This document shows positions 39,014-53,311 of a DNA stretch of 64,000 nt, piece by piece (position 1 is the first letter of the stretch; every line of letters starts with the position of its first letter). Origin of the DNA: the human T2T-CHM13v2.0 reference genome, Homo sapiens; assembly GCF_009914755.1 (NCBI RefSeq), contig NC_060936.1; one strand, 5' to 3'. Below the pieces are notes generated by a model, which ran no database searches, was not told the DNA's origin, and was given only the letters and a program-made list of their open reading frames with translations. The position numbers and the translations under genes were made by a program.

Positions 39014-42000
39014 TACAATACAGTATTATTAACTACAGGCACAATGTTGTACAGCGGATCTCTAGAGCTTACTCATTTTGTATAAATGAAACTTTTTATA
39101 CCCATTGACTGGGAACTCCCTATTTCCCCTTTCCCACAACCACTGGAAATCACCATTCTACTTTCTGCTTTCATGAGTTTGACTCTTTTGTATGCCTCAC
39201 ATAAATGTAATCACTCAGTTGTAGGGACCAGCCCCACAGATTCGGTGGGTCTCTCGCTGTGTGCGGAGACGAGAGAGTGTAGAAATAAAGACACAAGACA
39301 AAGAGATAAAAGACCCCTGGGCCTGGGGGACCACTACCACCAATGCGCAGAGACCGGTAGTGGCCCCGAATGTCTGGCTGTGCTGTTATTTATTGGATAC
39401 AAAGCAAAAGGGGCAGGGTAAAGAGTGTGAGTCATCTCCAATGATAGGTAAGGTCATGTGGGTCACATGTCCACTAGACAGGGGGCCCTTCCCTGCCTGG
39501 CAGCCGAGGCAGAGAAGAGAGAGGAGACAAAGAGAAAGACAACTTACACCATTATTTCTGCATATCAGAGACTTTTAGTACTTTCACTAATTTACTACTG
39601 CTATCTAGAAGGCAGAGCCAGGTGTACAGGATGGAACATGAAGGCGGACTAGGAGCGTGACCACTGAAGCACAGCATCACAGGGAGATGGTTAGGCCTCC
39701 GGATAACTGCGGGCAAGCCTGACTAATATCACAAGAGGTGGAGGAGCAGAGTCTTTTCTAAACTCCCCCGGGGAAAGGGTGACTCCCTTTCCCGGTCTGC
39801 TAAGTAGCGGGTGTTGTTCCTTGACACTTTGCGCTACCGCTAGACTGTGGTCCGCCTGGCAATGGGCGTCTTCCCAGACACTGGCGTCACTGCTAGACCA
39901 AGGAGCCCTTCTGGTGGCCCTGTGTGGGCATAACAGAAGGCTCGCACTCTTGTCTTTTGGTCACTTCTCACTGTGTCCCCTCAGCTTCTGTCTCTGTATG
40001 GCCTGGCTTTTCCTAGGTTATGATTATAGAGCGAGGATTATTATAATGGAATAAAGAGTAATTGCTACAAACTAATGATTAATCATATTCATATATAATC
40101 ATATCTAAGATCTATATCTGGTATAACTTCTTGTTTTATATTTTATTATACTGGAACAGCTCGTGTCCTTGGTCTCTTGCCTCGGCACCTGGGTGGCTTG
40201 CCGCTCACACTCAGTATTTGTTCTTCTGTGACTGGCTTATTTCACTTAGCACAATGTTGGCAAAGTTTAACCACGTTATCACATATTGCAGGATGTCCTT
40301 TCTGTTTAAGGGTGAATAGTATTTCATTATATGTATATATCACATTTTCTTTGTTTATTCATCTCTCTGTAGATATTAGGTTGTTTTCACATTTAGACTG
40401 TTGTGAAGAGTGCTGCAATGAACATACAAATGGAAATATCTCTGTGAGATCCTGATTTCGATTATTTTGGATATACACCTAGAAGTGAGATTGCTCCATC
40501 ATATGGTAGTTCTATATTTAATTTTTTGAGGAAACTTCATACTATTTTTTTATACCAGGTGCATGATTTTGCATTCTACCAACAGTGTATAAGTGTTCAA
40601 ATATCTCCACATCTATGCCAACACTTTTCTCATTCTTTATTTTTGATAATAGCCATCCTAATGGGTGTATGGTGATACGTAATTGTGCTTTTGATTTGCA
40701 TTATTATGATAATAAGTGATGTTGGATATCTTTTCATATACCTGTTCATTTCGATACCTTCTTTGGAGAAATTTCTATTCAGGTCTTTCACCTATTTTTA
40801 AATCAGGCAATTATATTTTTTTGCTATGGAGTTGTAGGAATTTTTTGTACATTTTAGAAATTAACACCTTATCACATATATGCTTTATGAATATTTTCTC
40901 TTATTCCGTATGTTGCCTTTTCACTCTGTTGATTATTTCTTTTGCTGGGTAGAAGCTTTTTAGTTTGACCAGTTCCATTTGTCTAATTTTGCTTTTATTG
41001 CCTGTGCTTTTGGTGGTACATCCATGAAATTATTGTCAAGACAAATGTAATGAAATTCTTTCTCTAAGTTTTATTCTAAGAATTTTATAGTTTCTAGTTT
41101 TAAATTTTAGTCTTCAACATAGTCTGAGTTTATTTTTTCAGTATATATACGATAAGGATATAACATCATTTTCTTGTATGTGAATATCCGGTTTTCTCAA
41201 CACCATTTATCAGAGAAACAGTTATTTCACTATCGTGGTCCCTTGTCAAAGATCACATGACTGTATACACACAGATTTCTCTGGGCTCTGTATTCCATTC
41301 TATTGGTCTACATATCTATCTTTATGCCAGTACTGTAATGTATTAATTACTTTAGCTTTGACATATATTTGTAATCAGGAAGTGTGAACCATCACCTTTG
41401 TTCTTTCTCAAGGTTGCTTTGGCTATTTGAGGTCATTTGTTGGTTTCATATGAATTTGAATCTGTGGATATATTTGAGTAGGTGTGTTCCTTCTATTCCC
41501 AGATTTTTGAGGGCTTTTATTATGAAGGGATGTTGAATTTTATCAAGTGCTTTTTTAGCATCAATTGAAATGATCATATGATTTTTACCTTTCATTCTGT
41601 TTATATAATGTGTCAGATTTATTGATTTGCATATGTTGAACTAACTTTGGATCCCAGGATAAATCCCACTTGGTCATGATGAAGGATCATTCTAATGTAT
41701 TGTTGAATTTGGTTTGTCACTATTTTGTTGAGGATATTTGCATCAATATTCATCAGAGAAATTGGCCTGTAGTTTTTTTGATGTGTGTTTGTTTGATTTT
41801 GGTATCAGGGTAATATTGGCCTCACAGAAGGAGTTTGGAAATATTCCCTGCTCCTCCATTTTTTGGAATGGTTTGAATAGTATTGGCATTAATTATTTCA
41901 GTCTCTTTGTTAAATTATCTGATAGTTTCTGAATTCCTTCTCTGTGTTATCTTGAATTTCTCTGAGTTTCTTCAGAATAGCTATGTTGAATTCTCTGTTT

Positions 42001-43420
42001 GAAAGATTACATATGTCTGTTTCACCAGGATTGTTCCCTGGTGCCTTATTTAATTTGTTTGGTGAGGTCATGTTTTCCTGGCTCATCTTAGTGCTTATGT
42101 TATTCATCAGTGTCTGGGCATTGATGACTTAGGTATTTATTGTAGTCTTTGTTGTCTGGGTTTGTTTTTGCCTATCCTTCTTTACTAGGCTTTTTAGGTA
42201 TATGAAGGGACTTTGGCCACAACCTCAATAATACTGTGGTTTTTACAGTCTTAGAGAGGTACTGCCTTGGTGGCCTTGGAAAGTATATGGAAGAATTCTC
42301 TGGATTATTAGGCAGAGACTCTTGTTCTCTTCCCCTGCTTTCTCCAAAGCAAATGTAGTCTTGCTCTTTCTGTGCTGAGCTGCCAGAAACTGGGGGTTCA
42401 CTGATGCAAGCAAGCATCCTTGTGGCCCCCCAACCACTGAGACTGTCCTGGGTAAGACCTGAAGCCAGCACAGCACTGGGTCTTGCCCAAGGCCCTCTTT
42501 AACTACTGTCGGGCTACCATCTATGTTAACTCAAGTTCAAGGGCTCTACAATCAGTAGTTGGCCAAGCCAGCCAGGTTTGTATCCTTCCCTTCAATGCAG
42601 TGAGTTCCTCTAGGCCTCAGGCTGGCCTACAGATGCTGTCTGAGAGCCAAGGATTGGAGCAAAAAACCCTTGCAATTTACCTGTAATAGATATCTGTTTT
42701 ACTGTGGCTACGCTGGCACCCAAACCACAGCACAAAGTTCTTCTTGCTCTTCTCTCCCCTTGCCACAGGCAGAGGAGCCTCTCCCTGTGTCCACCACCAC
42801 CACAGGCCCAAGGAAGATTCTGCCAGGCCACCACCCATGTTCAATTAAAGCTCTAGGGCTCTTCAGTCAGTTTATTATGAATGCTGCCAGGTCTCAGAGA
42901 CTCATCCTTCAGGGCAGTGGGTCTCTTAGTCCAGGACTAGGCTATTGGACAGCATTTCTAGACTTGCCTCTGGCCCAGGGCAGGTCTAGAAATGCTTTCC
43001 AAGAGCTTAGTCCTGGACTCAGGGACCCCAAAAGCCTTCTTGTTGCTCTGTTCTACTGTAGCTGAGCTGCTACCTAAGGTGCAAGACAAAGTCGCCTTTA
43101 TTTTTCCACCACTTCTCTTAAACAGAAGGAGTCTTTCACCGTAACCACCATGGCTGGGATTGTGCTTGGTCACACCTGAAGTCAGCAAATCTCAGAGCCC
43201 AAGGCCCTGAGTGCATTACTTTGCATTACTTTGGTACCACTGCTGGTTATTTAGGGCCTGAGGGCTCTTTAGTCAACTGATGATAAATGCTGCCAGGAGT
43301 GGGTCCTTCCCTTCAAGGCAGTGGATTCCTTTTTGGCCCAGGATGTGCCTAGAAATGTTGTCCATGAGTTAGGGCCTCAAAACTCTGCCTGGTGCCCTAT
43401 TTTACTGTGGCTGAGCTGGT
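39014..43420 (-). mobile_element. Antisense L1MA/L1M: 3'UTR-ORF2, then a jump at ~41895 to ORF1 and 5'UTR
   Basis: ORF 41910-42107 (ICNLSNREFNIAILKKLREIQDNTEKEF) is an L1 ORF1 N-terminus. Host to LTR13 and Tigger2. Confidence 0.78.
39220..40209 (-). mobile_element. Solo LTR13 (ERVK class)
   Basis: Minus strand TGTGAGCGGCAAGCCACCCAGGTGCCGAGGCAAGAG ... CCCTACA, 990 bp. Perfect 6-bp TSD ctcagt at 39214-39219 and 40210-40215. Confidence 0.88.
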
Positions 43421-44234
43421 ATTAGAAAAAATATTTTGCAATCTATGCCTTAGAAAAAAAGAATCACCTCTCCAACTCTTCATGGACTGGCCTTATTGTA
43501 GGAGAAAACCTTCATCAATCAGCCCAGCCATATCTTCTTGGGCCTCTCAAATTTTCATGGTCGTCCAAACATCTATCTTTGTCTTAGGATCCCCCAGGCA
43601 TCTAGAGTATGCAGGGTCTTATCAGCACCTTTACACATTTGAGACAGAAGACAGTCCTTAGTCAACTCTTAGGAAAGTTTGAATATTTGGCATGCTGTCC
43701 AACTCTTTCCCTTCCCATGGAGAATTTGGAAGCTGAGATTTCTTACCTCATCACTCTGCTTAAATCTAGGGGCAGGAAGAACTTGGCAAGTGCCCATGTG
43801 CTAGTTTAAATCATCATTTTTGTGTTCTTTGTAGCACCCAGGGGCCAAGTGTATGCCTAACCTAAAGACAAGGAAGACAAAATACCTTTCCTTGATAGAA
43901 CTCAGAAAAGATGAAATGTTATATATGTGGTCCAAATCTTTGTTTCCCCATGGAGGAGCTAAGAGCTGAGATGTTGTTGTTGTTTTTGTTTTTGTTTTTG
44001 TTTGTTTTTGCCTGCTCACTCTGCACTAACCTAGGGGGCAGGATCTGTGATAAATATCCACATACTGGCTCATCTTTATTCTCTGTAGTTCCCAGGTGTC
44101 TGGCATATGCTGGGTCCTGTCAGTACTTCGAGACAGATGAGATAGAAGCTAATCTATTGGGTAGCACTTGGAAAGGTTGAAATGTTGAATGTGCAGTCCA
44201 GCCCTTTCTCTCCCCAAGGATAAGCTGGGAGCAT

Positions 44235-44818
44235 TTTTTAAAAATTTTATTTTACTTTAAGTTCCAGGATACATGTGCAGAATGTACAGGTTTGTTACAT
44301 AGGTAAACATGTGCAATGGTGGTTTGCTGCACTTATCAACCCATCACCTAGGTATTAAGTCCCACATGCATTAGCTATTTGTCCTGATGCTCTCCCTCCT
44401 TCTGCCCCCATGACAGGCCCCAGTGTGTATTGTTCCCCTCTTTGTGTTTATGTCTTCTCAGTGTTCAGCTCCTTCTTGTGAGAACATGCAGTGTTTGATT
44501 TTCTGTTTCTGTGTTAGTTTGCTGAAGATAATGGCTTTCAGCTTCATACATGTCCCTGCAAAGGACATTATCTCCTTCCTTTTTATGGCTGCATAGTATT
44601 CCGTGGTGTATATGTACCACATTTGCCTTATACAGTCTATCATTGATGGGTATTTGGGTTGGTTCCATGATTTTGCTATTGTGAATAATGCTGCAATAAA
44701 CATACATGTGCATGTATCTTTATAATAGAATGATTTATATTCCTTTGGGTATATACCCAGTAAAGGGATTGCTGGATCAAATGGCATTTCTGGTTCTAGA
44801 TCCTTGAGGAATTGCCAC
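44235..44818 (-). mobile_element. L1PA (about PA7/8) 3' ~580 bp
   Basis: ORF 44458-44850 is the L1 ORF2 C-terminus (PFDPAIPLLGIYPKEYKSFYYKDTCTCMFIAALFTIAK). TSD-like cattttt. Confidence 0.88.
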
Positions 44819-45871
44819 ATTTTTTGTTTTTTTCTTTTTCTCTCACACATTCGCTCTGTGTTAAGCCAGAGGGAAGAGCTGTGTCAAGTGTTCACATGCC
44901 AGTTTAAACTGCTAGTTTTTCCCAATTGTATGGTATAATACTGAGGAGGAGAATGGCAAGAGGATGTCTCCAATTATCTTACTGGTTTTTATGTATCTGG
45001 TTTTGTACTTTCCTGATGTATAGCAATCTCTCAGTTAGCTTCTGTATTTCCCACAAATGAAATTGATCTGAATATTACTGTTGAATCAGTATGTTCATGG
45101 AGAAAAAGGTATCTGTCCTTCTTATTCTGGTATCTTGCTGATATCTCATGGATGCATTCCTATTACTTAAACTGTATATTTTCTACCTACTAAAATAACT
45201 CATTGACATTTGAGATATAGCATTTACACATTACTCTTATACATACTTTAAGGGAAATATAGTTGAAATAAAATGGTTAAATGATTTCTAACATTTAGAG
45301 TCCAATATTTCTGGGTTACTCTTAAACTCAGATTTTCATTTTGCATAGTTTTTCATCCTCTGTGCTGTCTGGAGAGTTGCAAATGCAGGTTCCTGGGTAG
45401 TTAGGGTGCTGTGGATGGAAGCTCCTTTATTGTCTCTAAGTATTTTTTGCCAGCTGCTTAAATTTTATTTCTGAGGCTTTCTTGACCTCATTAGATGATT
45501 CCAACATTTTCAGACAACAGTGAGGATTCATATTTCTTCCATGAACAGTTATTAAATGGTCTGAGGAGTTAAATGTCCAATGATGACAGCTGTCCAGTCA
45601 TGAAATCTGAAAAGCCACCAAGTGCACACAAGATCAGGCAATGCGAACAGTGTCATGACTGACTCCTGGACAATAGCAATTGCAAGATGTCATCAACCTA
45701 GTTTCAGAGATAACAAAATATGAAAAGAAGAAAATAGTGTTTTAGAATTGAAAGTAAACATTTGGTTTACTTTCTTCATCTATGGAGGACTGCAACCATT
45801 ATCATTATTTCCCAGAACCTACTGTATTTCAAAACGATTTTTGACTGGCTTCTTTTAACTGTTTCTCCTAG

Positions 45872-46114
45872 GCACTATCAGAATAACTCCTAAGGACTCT
45901 CGTTGGGTTGGAGCTTGGTGGCTTGGTTTCCTTGTGTCTGGACTATTTTCCATTATTTCTTCCATACCATTTTTTTTCTTGCCGAAAAATCCAAATAAAC
46001 CACAAAAAGAAAGAAAAATTTCACTATCATTGCATGTGCTGAAAACAAATGATGATAGAAATCAAACAGCTAATTTGACCAACCAAGGAAAAAATGTTAC
46101 CAAAAATGTGACTG
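45872..46114 (+). CDS. SLCO1B3: SLCO1B3 coding exon c.728-970 (243 bp) with the OATP signature DSRWVGAWWLGF
   Basis: ttctcctag|GCACT ... ACTG|gtaggt. Matches the OATP family signature D-X-RW-(I/V)-GAWW-X-G-(F/L). Confidence 0.98.
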
Positions 46115-47397
46115 GTAGGTATTTGACATTCATTGTCAACTTGGAATTGTTAATCTCAATGAAACGGAGAAGTGAGTAAAAAAAAATAAAGCATACTCAA
46201 ATCATCTAGAGTCAGCTTTCTTCTCTGCTAAATTTAGCTGAATTATTTTTTCTAAAACTCCTATTAAAATTAACAAATATGTCTTGAGTACATAAAAAGG
46301 GGAAGAGGATTAGGTTTCTGCTCTTTAGAAGAGAGAAACCAATCAAAGGCTACAAACATCTGTTGCTTATAAGCCAGAGTATATATTCATTTTAATATAA
46401 TATAGTATAAACTGTGAGGGTTTAAAGGATTATAATTTTTCATTCATTTATTTATTTAACAAATGATACCAGCCATGATACTATTCTCTGGTAATAGAAC
46501 ATTGCCTTTATTTTTTGAGAACCTAGTGGATGATATTAAGAAGTATATAGATCACTGTAATAAAGTATCTTAAGTACTATGGTAGGTTATATTTAACTAT
46601 TCTCAGGTGTAGAGATGAAATAAGGAGAAGGAATTCAGGAGAGGAGTCTGTCTAGGTAATTAGAGTAAGATTATTTTTCTTGGTAATTAAAATTATATCT
46701 TATTAAATTAATTTTTATATATGAATTAAAATTATATATACATATATAATCTTACCTAAGTATTCAAAAATGAAGTGAAAAGCAACATCAATAATTAAGA
46801 TATTTGGAGTCAATAATGTGAATTAGGATTCCTTACCACTTGATAGTGGTGCCTCTGTCCAATATAAGCCATATGGGCTAATGGAGTACCATTGAGAACC
46901 AATAATCAAGAGAACGATCTGGCAGCTGTCAGAGCAAGATATATCAAATGGTAAGGTATTGACAGCAGTTTTCAGATTAGGGAGAAATGGTGAAGTAGTA
47001 AAACCTGAAGCAGTGCAACCAACACTTAAACCCTTGGCACTTTTTAAAGTTTTCATTGAAGTAAACTTACAAACTTTCCAAAGTAACCCATGTTCTTTCT
47101 CTCATCAGTTCCTTCACTTACCTTTTTTGTTGTTGTTGTTATTTTCTCCTCTCCACCACACTAACCCAAGAGCAATGGGATGGATGCTGGAGCCTTGTGT
47201 ATTCACTCATGAGAGTGGATTGCTCAATTTCAGCTGCGTTGGTAGCTTGAAATTGTCCATGGTAGGAGAATTTACCATCATGTATTACCATGGAAATTGA
47301 AAAATATCATAAATCGAGTTTGTTTCCCAGTGAATCTGTTGTTAAACATTTACCAGCACATCATTGATAAGTTTTTGTAGTTTAACATGCATACTAA

Positions 47398-47768
<371 letters not shown>

Positions 47769-48407
47769 TAATGGATTTTCTAAACCTATAAGGACCAGGG
47801 TTGACTGTGAGCCCAAAAAGAATAAAGAAGATAATAAGGTGCAAAAAAAGGGGCAACTGTAAACATTTTCTATATTATGAACTGTTTTTTTTAAGGGTAG
47901 TGACGTGAATAGTAAAGCGAATTTTAATTAGGTGCTCATTAGGAATGGTTAAAATACTAAGTACCTATAGTCAGAAAAAAAATTAGATTTATTCCATATA
48001 TTCTTGAGTAGAACTAAGACTAATTGATTAGAAAGCAAAGAAAATTCCAGTTCATTACAAAGACAACATGTAAACAATGAGAACTGTTCAAAAGTTGAGC
48101 AAATTGCTCTCAAGTAGCATAATGTCACTTGAATTGTTTATTGATCCATTTTTTAGTGGATCAACATTGTAGTGAGTTATGATTGTATAGAAGTTCAGTT
48201 TAGATGACATCTGAGTTCCTATTTACCTCAAAAATTTAACAATTTGGTTAATTCACATGTTCCATTTATTTTGAGCAAAGGTCACGACTCTTTTAGAAAG
48301 CCTCACAAATCATTTGTAACTTTAAGTCTTATATAACTTATATTTACAAAATTCAGATATTAATATATATTTTATTATTGAAATATGTTATTTTTATAAC
48401 TCTATAG

Positions 48408-48572
48408 GTTTTTTCCAGTCTTTGAAAAGCATCCTTACCAATCCCCTGTATGTTATATTTCTGCTTTTGACATTGTTACAAGTAAGCAGCTTTATTGGTT
48501 CTTTTACTTACGTCTTTAAATATATGGAGCAACAGTACGGTCAGTCTGCATCTCATGCTAACTTTTTGTTGG
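48408..48572 (+). CDS. SLCO1B3: SLCO1B3 coding exon c.971-1135 (165 bp), FFQSLKSILTNPLYVIF...HANFLL(G)
   Basis: ctctatag|GTTTT ... TTGG|gtaaga. Overlaps ORF 48422-48652. Confidence 0.97.
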
Positions 48573-49818
48573 GTAAGACATATTTTTTACCTGTTTGCTT
48601 GATAAATGAAACACTGCTGAGTACTTGTGTTCCAAGTCACATTTTATTATGAAGGTGATTTTATATTTTACTAAATGTAATCTTATTATGTCTCAAACTT
48701 TACAAAATTTCTCCATCTTGTGATATCATCGTTGTTCTGCATTTGAAGTTGCATCTCATGTTAGGTGAATTTAATTCTATAGGTGAAATTCTAAAGAAAA
48801 AAAATTGCTTGTGAATAAAACATTTAGACGTGGTATCTGCATAATTGGATCTTATAATATAGTACTGAGATCCTGAGACAAACCCTTTTATAATATAACC
48901 ATTATAATTCTATAATTCATGGACTGAAATAAGGCCTCAGCTACTTACAAAAGACATAATATTAATCTTTTCAGAAGGAGAATCAATTTAAATACATTAC
49001 AAAATATGCATGATTCAAAACAAATGTCATATTTTAGAGAGGTTTATTTTGCTACAATGCCTATTTTCAAAGTCATATTGAGACCTTCTCATTAAGGAAA
49101 GGTTATCTTATATCCCTTTTCCCACAACTCCAGTATTGTAGAAACCTTGTAGAAATTTGATAAGTATTTGATGAGTTAAACAGTGTATCAAATGGTATGT
49201 ATCTAGGTCATATGTACATAGGAAAGTAATAATTAGAAAATGAATGTACTGAAGCATTGGAACAGGCTTCTGGATGATCTCCCTGTTGAACTGACAGATT
49301 TAAACTTAAAAGATTCAGTTTTGACTCCCAATAACCTGGCTTGAATTTTTTGTTAGAGTAATCTTCACCTTTAATAACACTTACGGGACTGTGAAATGGA
49401 AAAAATGTAACAGGGATCAGTCATTTTTAATCCTGTATGTAGACAGTTTTATCATATCATGGTAGATATGTCTTTTATGAATAATAAAGAGATATTAATT
49501 CAAGAATTTAATTCTAAAGCCCTGGGCAAAATTGGAGTGAGTTATTGAGGATTGAAACATTTTGAGAAATGTATAAAGGATTTTTTAGATGGTAGGATAG
49601 AAATCTCAGAGAAAGAAAGATTTTGTTTTTGTTGTTGATTGCCAGAAAAAAAGAAAGCTCCTCATAGAAATAACCTTTTTAGACACGTAAATATTCTTAG
49701 CCACTGCCTTTTTCTTGTGAGGAAGCCAAGCCCTCATAATTGGCCAAAATAAATTATTTTTGTCTCTCATGTGGGTATACTTGTCCCTTACCTCCACCCT
49801 AGTGTGCCACCCTTCTCT

Positions 49819-49924
49819 CTTTTTTTTTTTTTTTTTTTTTTTTGAGATGGAGTCTCGCTCTGTTGCCCAGGCTGGGGTGCAGTGGCGCGATCTCGGCTCA
49901 CTGCAAGCTCCGCCTCCCAGGTTC
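49819..49924 (-). mobile_element. Heavily 5'-truncated AluY (~80 nt plus tail)
   Basis: TSD gccacccttctct at 49806-49818 and 49925-49937. AluY-type gcaagctccgcc. Confidence 0.92.
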
Positions 49925-50052
49925 GCCACCCTTCTCTTAAAGAAATAAGAATGGGTGAATTTGGTTGATATACACTGTGTTTTATATATAAAGACATATC
50001 AGAAAAACCATATTTGTATAATTATAGCTTTTTTCTCTTCTTTTATTTCTAG

Positions 50053-50248
50053 GAATCATAACCATTCCTACGGTTGCAACTGGAATGTTTTTAGGAGGAT
50101 TTATCATTAAAAAATTCAAATTGTCTTTAGTTGGAATTGCCAAATTTTCATTTCTTACTTCGATGATATCCTTCTTGTTTCAACTTCTATATTTCCCTCT
50201 AATCTGCGAAAGCAAATCAGTTGCCGGCCTAACCTTGACCTATGATGG
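50053..50248 (+). CDS. SLCO1B3: SLCO1B3 coding exon c.1136-1331 (196 bp), IITIPTVATGMFLGGFIIKKF...AGLTLTYD(G)
   Basis: tttctag|GAATC ... GATGG|gtttgt (weak donor). Overlaps ORF 50085-50270. Confidence 0.96.
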
Positions 50249-51320
50249 GTTTGTATATATTGCTATATAAATTGTGTAATATGTTAACCATCAAATTAAA
50301 AGATTATGTGCAAGTAAAATAAGGTAGAAAACAATTGTAATTAAACTTTATTTTAATTGAGAGAAATTTCAATTTTCAAATTCTTAAAATGTCCATTTCC
50401 TAAGACAATAAAAATTTGTTTTATTCCTTCCTTAAGGAAAAGCAACATCGGTTGAAATAATAATACCTATGATTTCTGGGTAATTAAAATGAGTGGTAGA
50501 CACTTTTACCCCAATTTTATAGATGGGAAAGTGAGATTTAGAGAAACACACACATTATATGGCTAGCAATGTTAAGATTAAGACACAAATTTGAGCTATT
50601 AGAGGTATCAGATGTCATTAAATAAAATTATTCATAATGTATTTTCTAAATTATCAATCTCCTTATTTTTCTTAATTTAAATTCTATACTCATTTGAAGA
50701 TATTTTATAAATCCTTAATAATTATATCTTTACAAAACAAATAAAATCTTTAAACATTATACAAATAACATTTTATAATTTTAGTCATAATATAAAATTA
50801 TATCTTATGATTTATAATTATATTATAAAGTAAATCAGTATAAACAGTATTATAGTTTTATTCAGAAAATATGCAGAGATTTTTTATCCTTTTTCAACTA
50901 ATTCTATTATTCTTGATTTTTTATTCCTCAGAGGTTCGGTTTTAACTACATTGAAATCTTTTTTTTTATGTAGTTAAAATATAGATTGTAAAATTCAACA
51001 ATGTTAACTAACATGCATAGATTCAGAGGATTTTAAAGTGAGCTTAGAGGAACCTCAATCTAATGCCATTACCTCCCTGAAGAGAAACTGAATCTCAGAA
51101 AAATGAAGTTACTTATATAATGTAAAGTTTCATTGATAGAATGATAAAGACCTCTTGTCTAAGTCTTATCTAACCTCTTTTATTTCTTTTTTAATTTTTA
51201 CTTTTTCTAGGTCATAAGTCATGTCTTGGTAAAGAAGGAGAGTTAAAAGTCAATAAGCATTACAAAAATTGCCATTTTGACATCAGCAAATCAAATTTCT
51301 CTATCTAATTAAAGGAAAAC

Positions 51321-51436
51321 CCTTTCTCTTATTTCTCTTCTCTTTTCCTCTTCTCTTCCTCCTCCTCTATTTCCCCTCTCCTTATCCCCTTGTCTCCCTC
51401 TTCTGCTCTTTCTCTACTTCCTCTTTCTCTTTTTTT
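51321..51436 (+). repeat. Homopyrimidine (CT-rich) tract
   Basis: ~115 nt almost purely C/T just before the exon at 51463. Confidence 0.9.
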
Positions 51437-51462
51437 GATATATTTCTATCATATATTTTCAG

Positions 51463-51628
51463 AAATAATTCAGTGGCATCTCATGTAGATGTACCACTTT
51501 CTTATTGCAACTCAGAGTGCAATTGTGATGAAAGTCAGTGGGAACCAGTCTGTGGGAACAATGGAATAACTTACCTGTCACCTTGTCTAGCAGGATGCAA
51601 ATCCTCAAGTGGTATTAAAAAGCATACA
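51463..51628 (+). CDS. SLCO1B3: SLCO1B3 coding exon c.1332-1497 (166 bp), Kazal-like extracellular loop 5, CNSECNCDESQWEPVCGNNGITYLSPCLAGC
   Basis: ttttcag|AAAT ... TACA|gtgagt. Cysteine-rich Kazal-type pattern. Confidence 0.97.
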
Positions 51629-52957
51629 GTGAGTATTAGTTTTCACTTTTTCTCCTCTCCTTAATCAAAATCACAGATTTGATTTAATAAATACTTATCA
51701 AATCTTCCTATAACTAAGGTCTCCAATAAAAAGATAAAACAAAAAGATTCCAGTATTATCTGTCCTCGTGATAGCTGTGAAGTGTAAACAAAGCTTCATA
51801 TAAAACTCTGCTTAGGACACAATCAGACTTCTCTGTTACTTGAATTCTAATTAGAGATTACCCACTTTTTTTCTTGAGATTTTAAGAATATGACCTGTTA
51901 GAATTTGAATGCATTTAGGGTCTCTAAGAAGCATCTCATTTGACTAAAGCACATGATTTTTATTATTTGGAATTACTTTACCCTTTGGAAGTTAGGGGAA
52001 AGTTCAGAGTTAGCCTGTTGTCAGCACTACCTGCTTTACGAGAACAATAATCTATTTGCATTTTAATATATACATACTGATAAGTGTAGCTAGGGACTCA
52101 CTGTGGCCTTGGACTTTCCAAGAAATGAGTCAAGTCTTCATGTTCACTTGAATTCCCTATTCTTGATTTCCTATTTTGATGTTCCCAAAGCTGGCACTTC
52201 TTTTACTCAGTATAATTTAGTATCCTACTCACTGATTGCCAACATATCCATTGGAAATTCCATTTCTTTCTTAACTCAAAGGCTTTTTTTTTTCCATGTG
52301 ACACATATCCTGTTTTTCCCAATATCCTGGGTAACTCCCAATGATTGGAAATTAGGTATGCTGTTCCCCATACCTACAATCAATTCAACATCTCACAAGT
52401 TGCATAACTATTTTTCAGGCCCTTTCCCTATTACCAACATTAGCAATATAGTCAGCTGCGATTATGACTCTCTACCACACTCTTCCATGCTTCAATTCTA
52501 AACATTTTCTATCTTTCCCTTGCCCAATATCCTACCAATGTATTATTAAACGGCATGGAGAAATTTGAAGAATAAAGCCTCCTAGTTTCCTTGAAGATAG
52601 GCTACAACTTTAGTAAACTTGCACATTTGTGGCCCAAAGACTATACTTAAAAGCCCACATCTCATATTCATCAGCTATAGTATCTTTCAGTAAGAGTACC
52701 CCATTTAATCCCTGGTCCTGTGTTGTCCTGCAGTGAAGACCTGAAAGAGAGGTGATATTAGTATCCTAAAGAGAGCTCTGTCTTCATGGAGACATCATCT
52801 TAATATTGGCAATGGCTATGCCATGTGGGGGCTACTGCAAAGTTCCTTTACTAAATCCTCAGTAAAATTGTTAAAATAATGCTCTCTGTATCAAAGTTGG
52901 GTTTCATTGGCCAATGTGCTTGCTCCATAAAAGATTCCTCCATATTATTCCTATTGA

Positions 52958-53311
<354 letters not shown>

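Noticed and set aside
39086-40455. ORFs over the GC-richer block, and a possible CpG island
   Set aside because: Explained by the LTR13 solo LTR and flanking L1.
44458-44850. 130-aa ORF
   Set aside because: L1 ORF2 C-terminal fragment.
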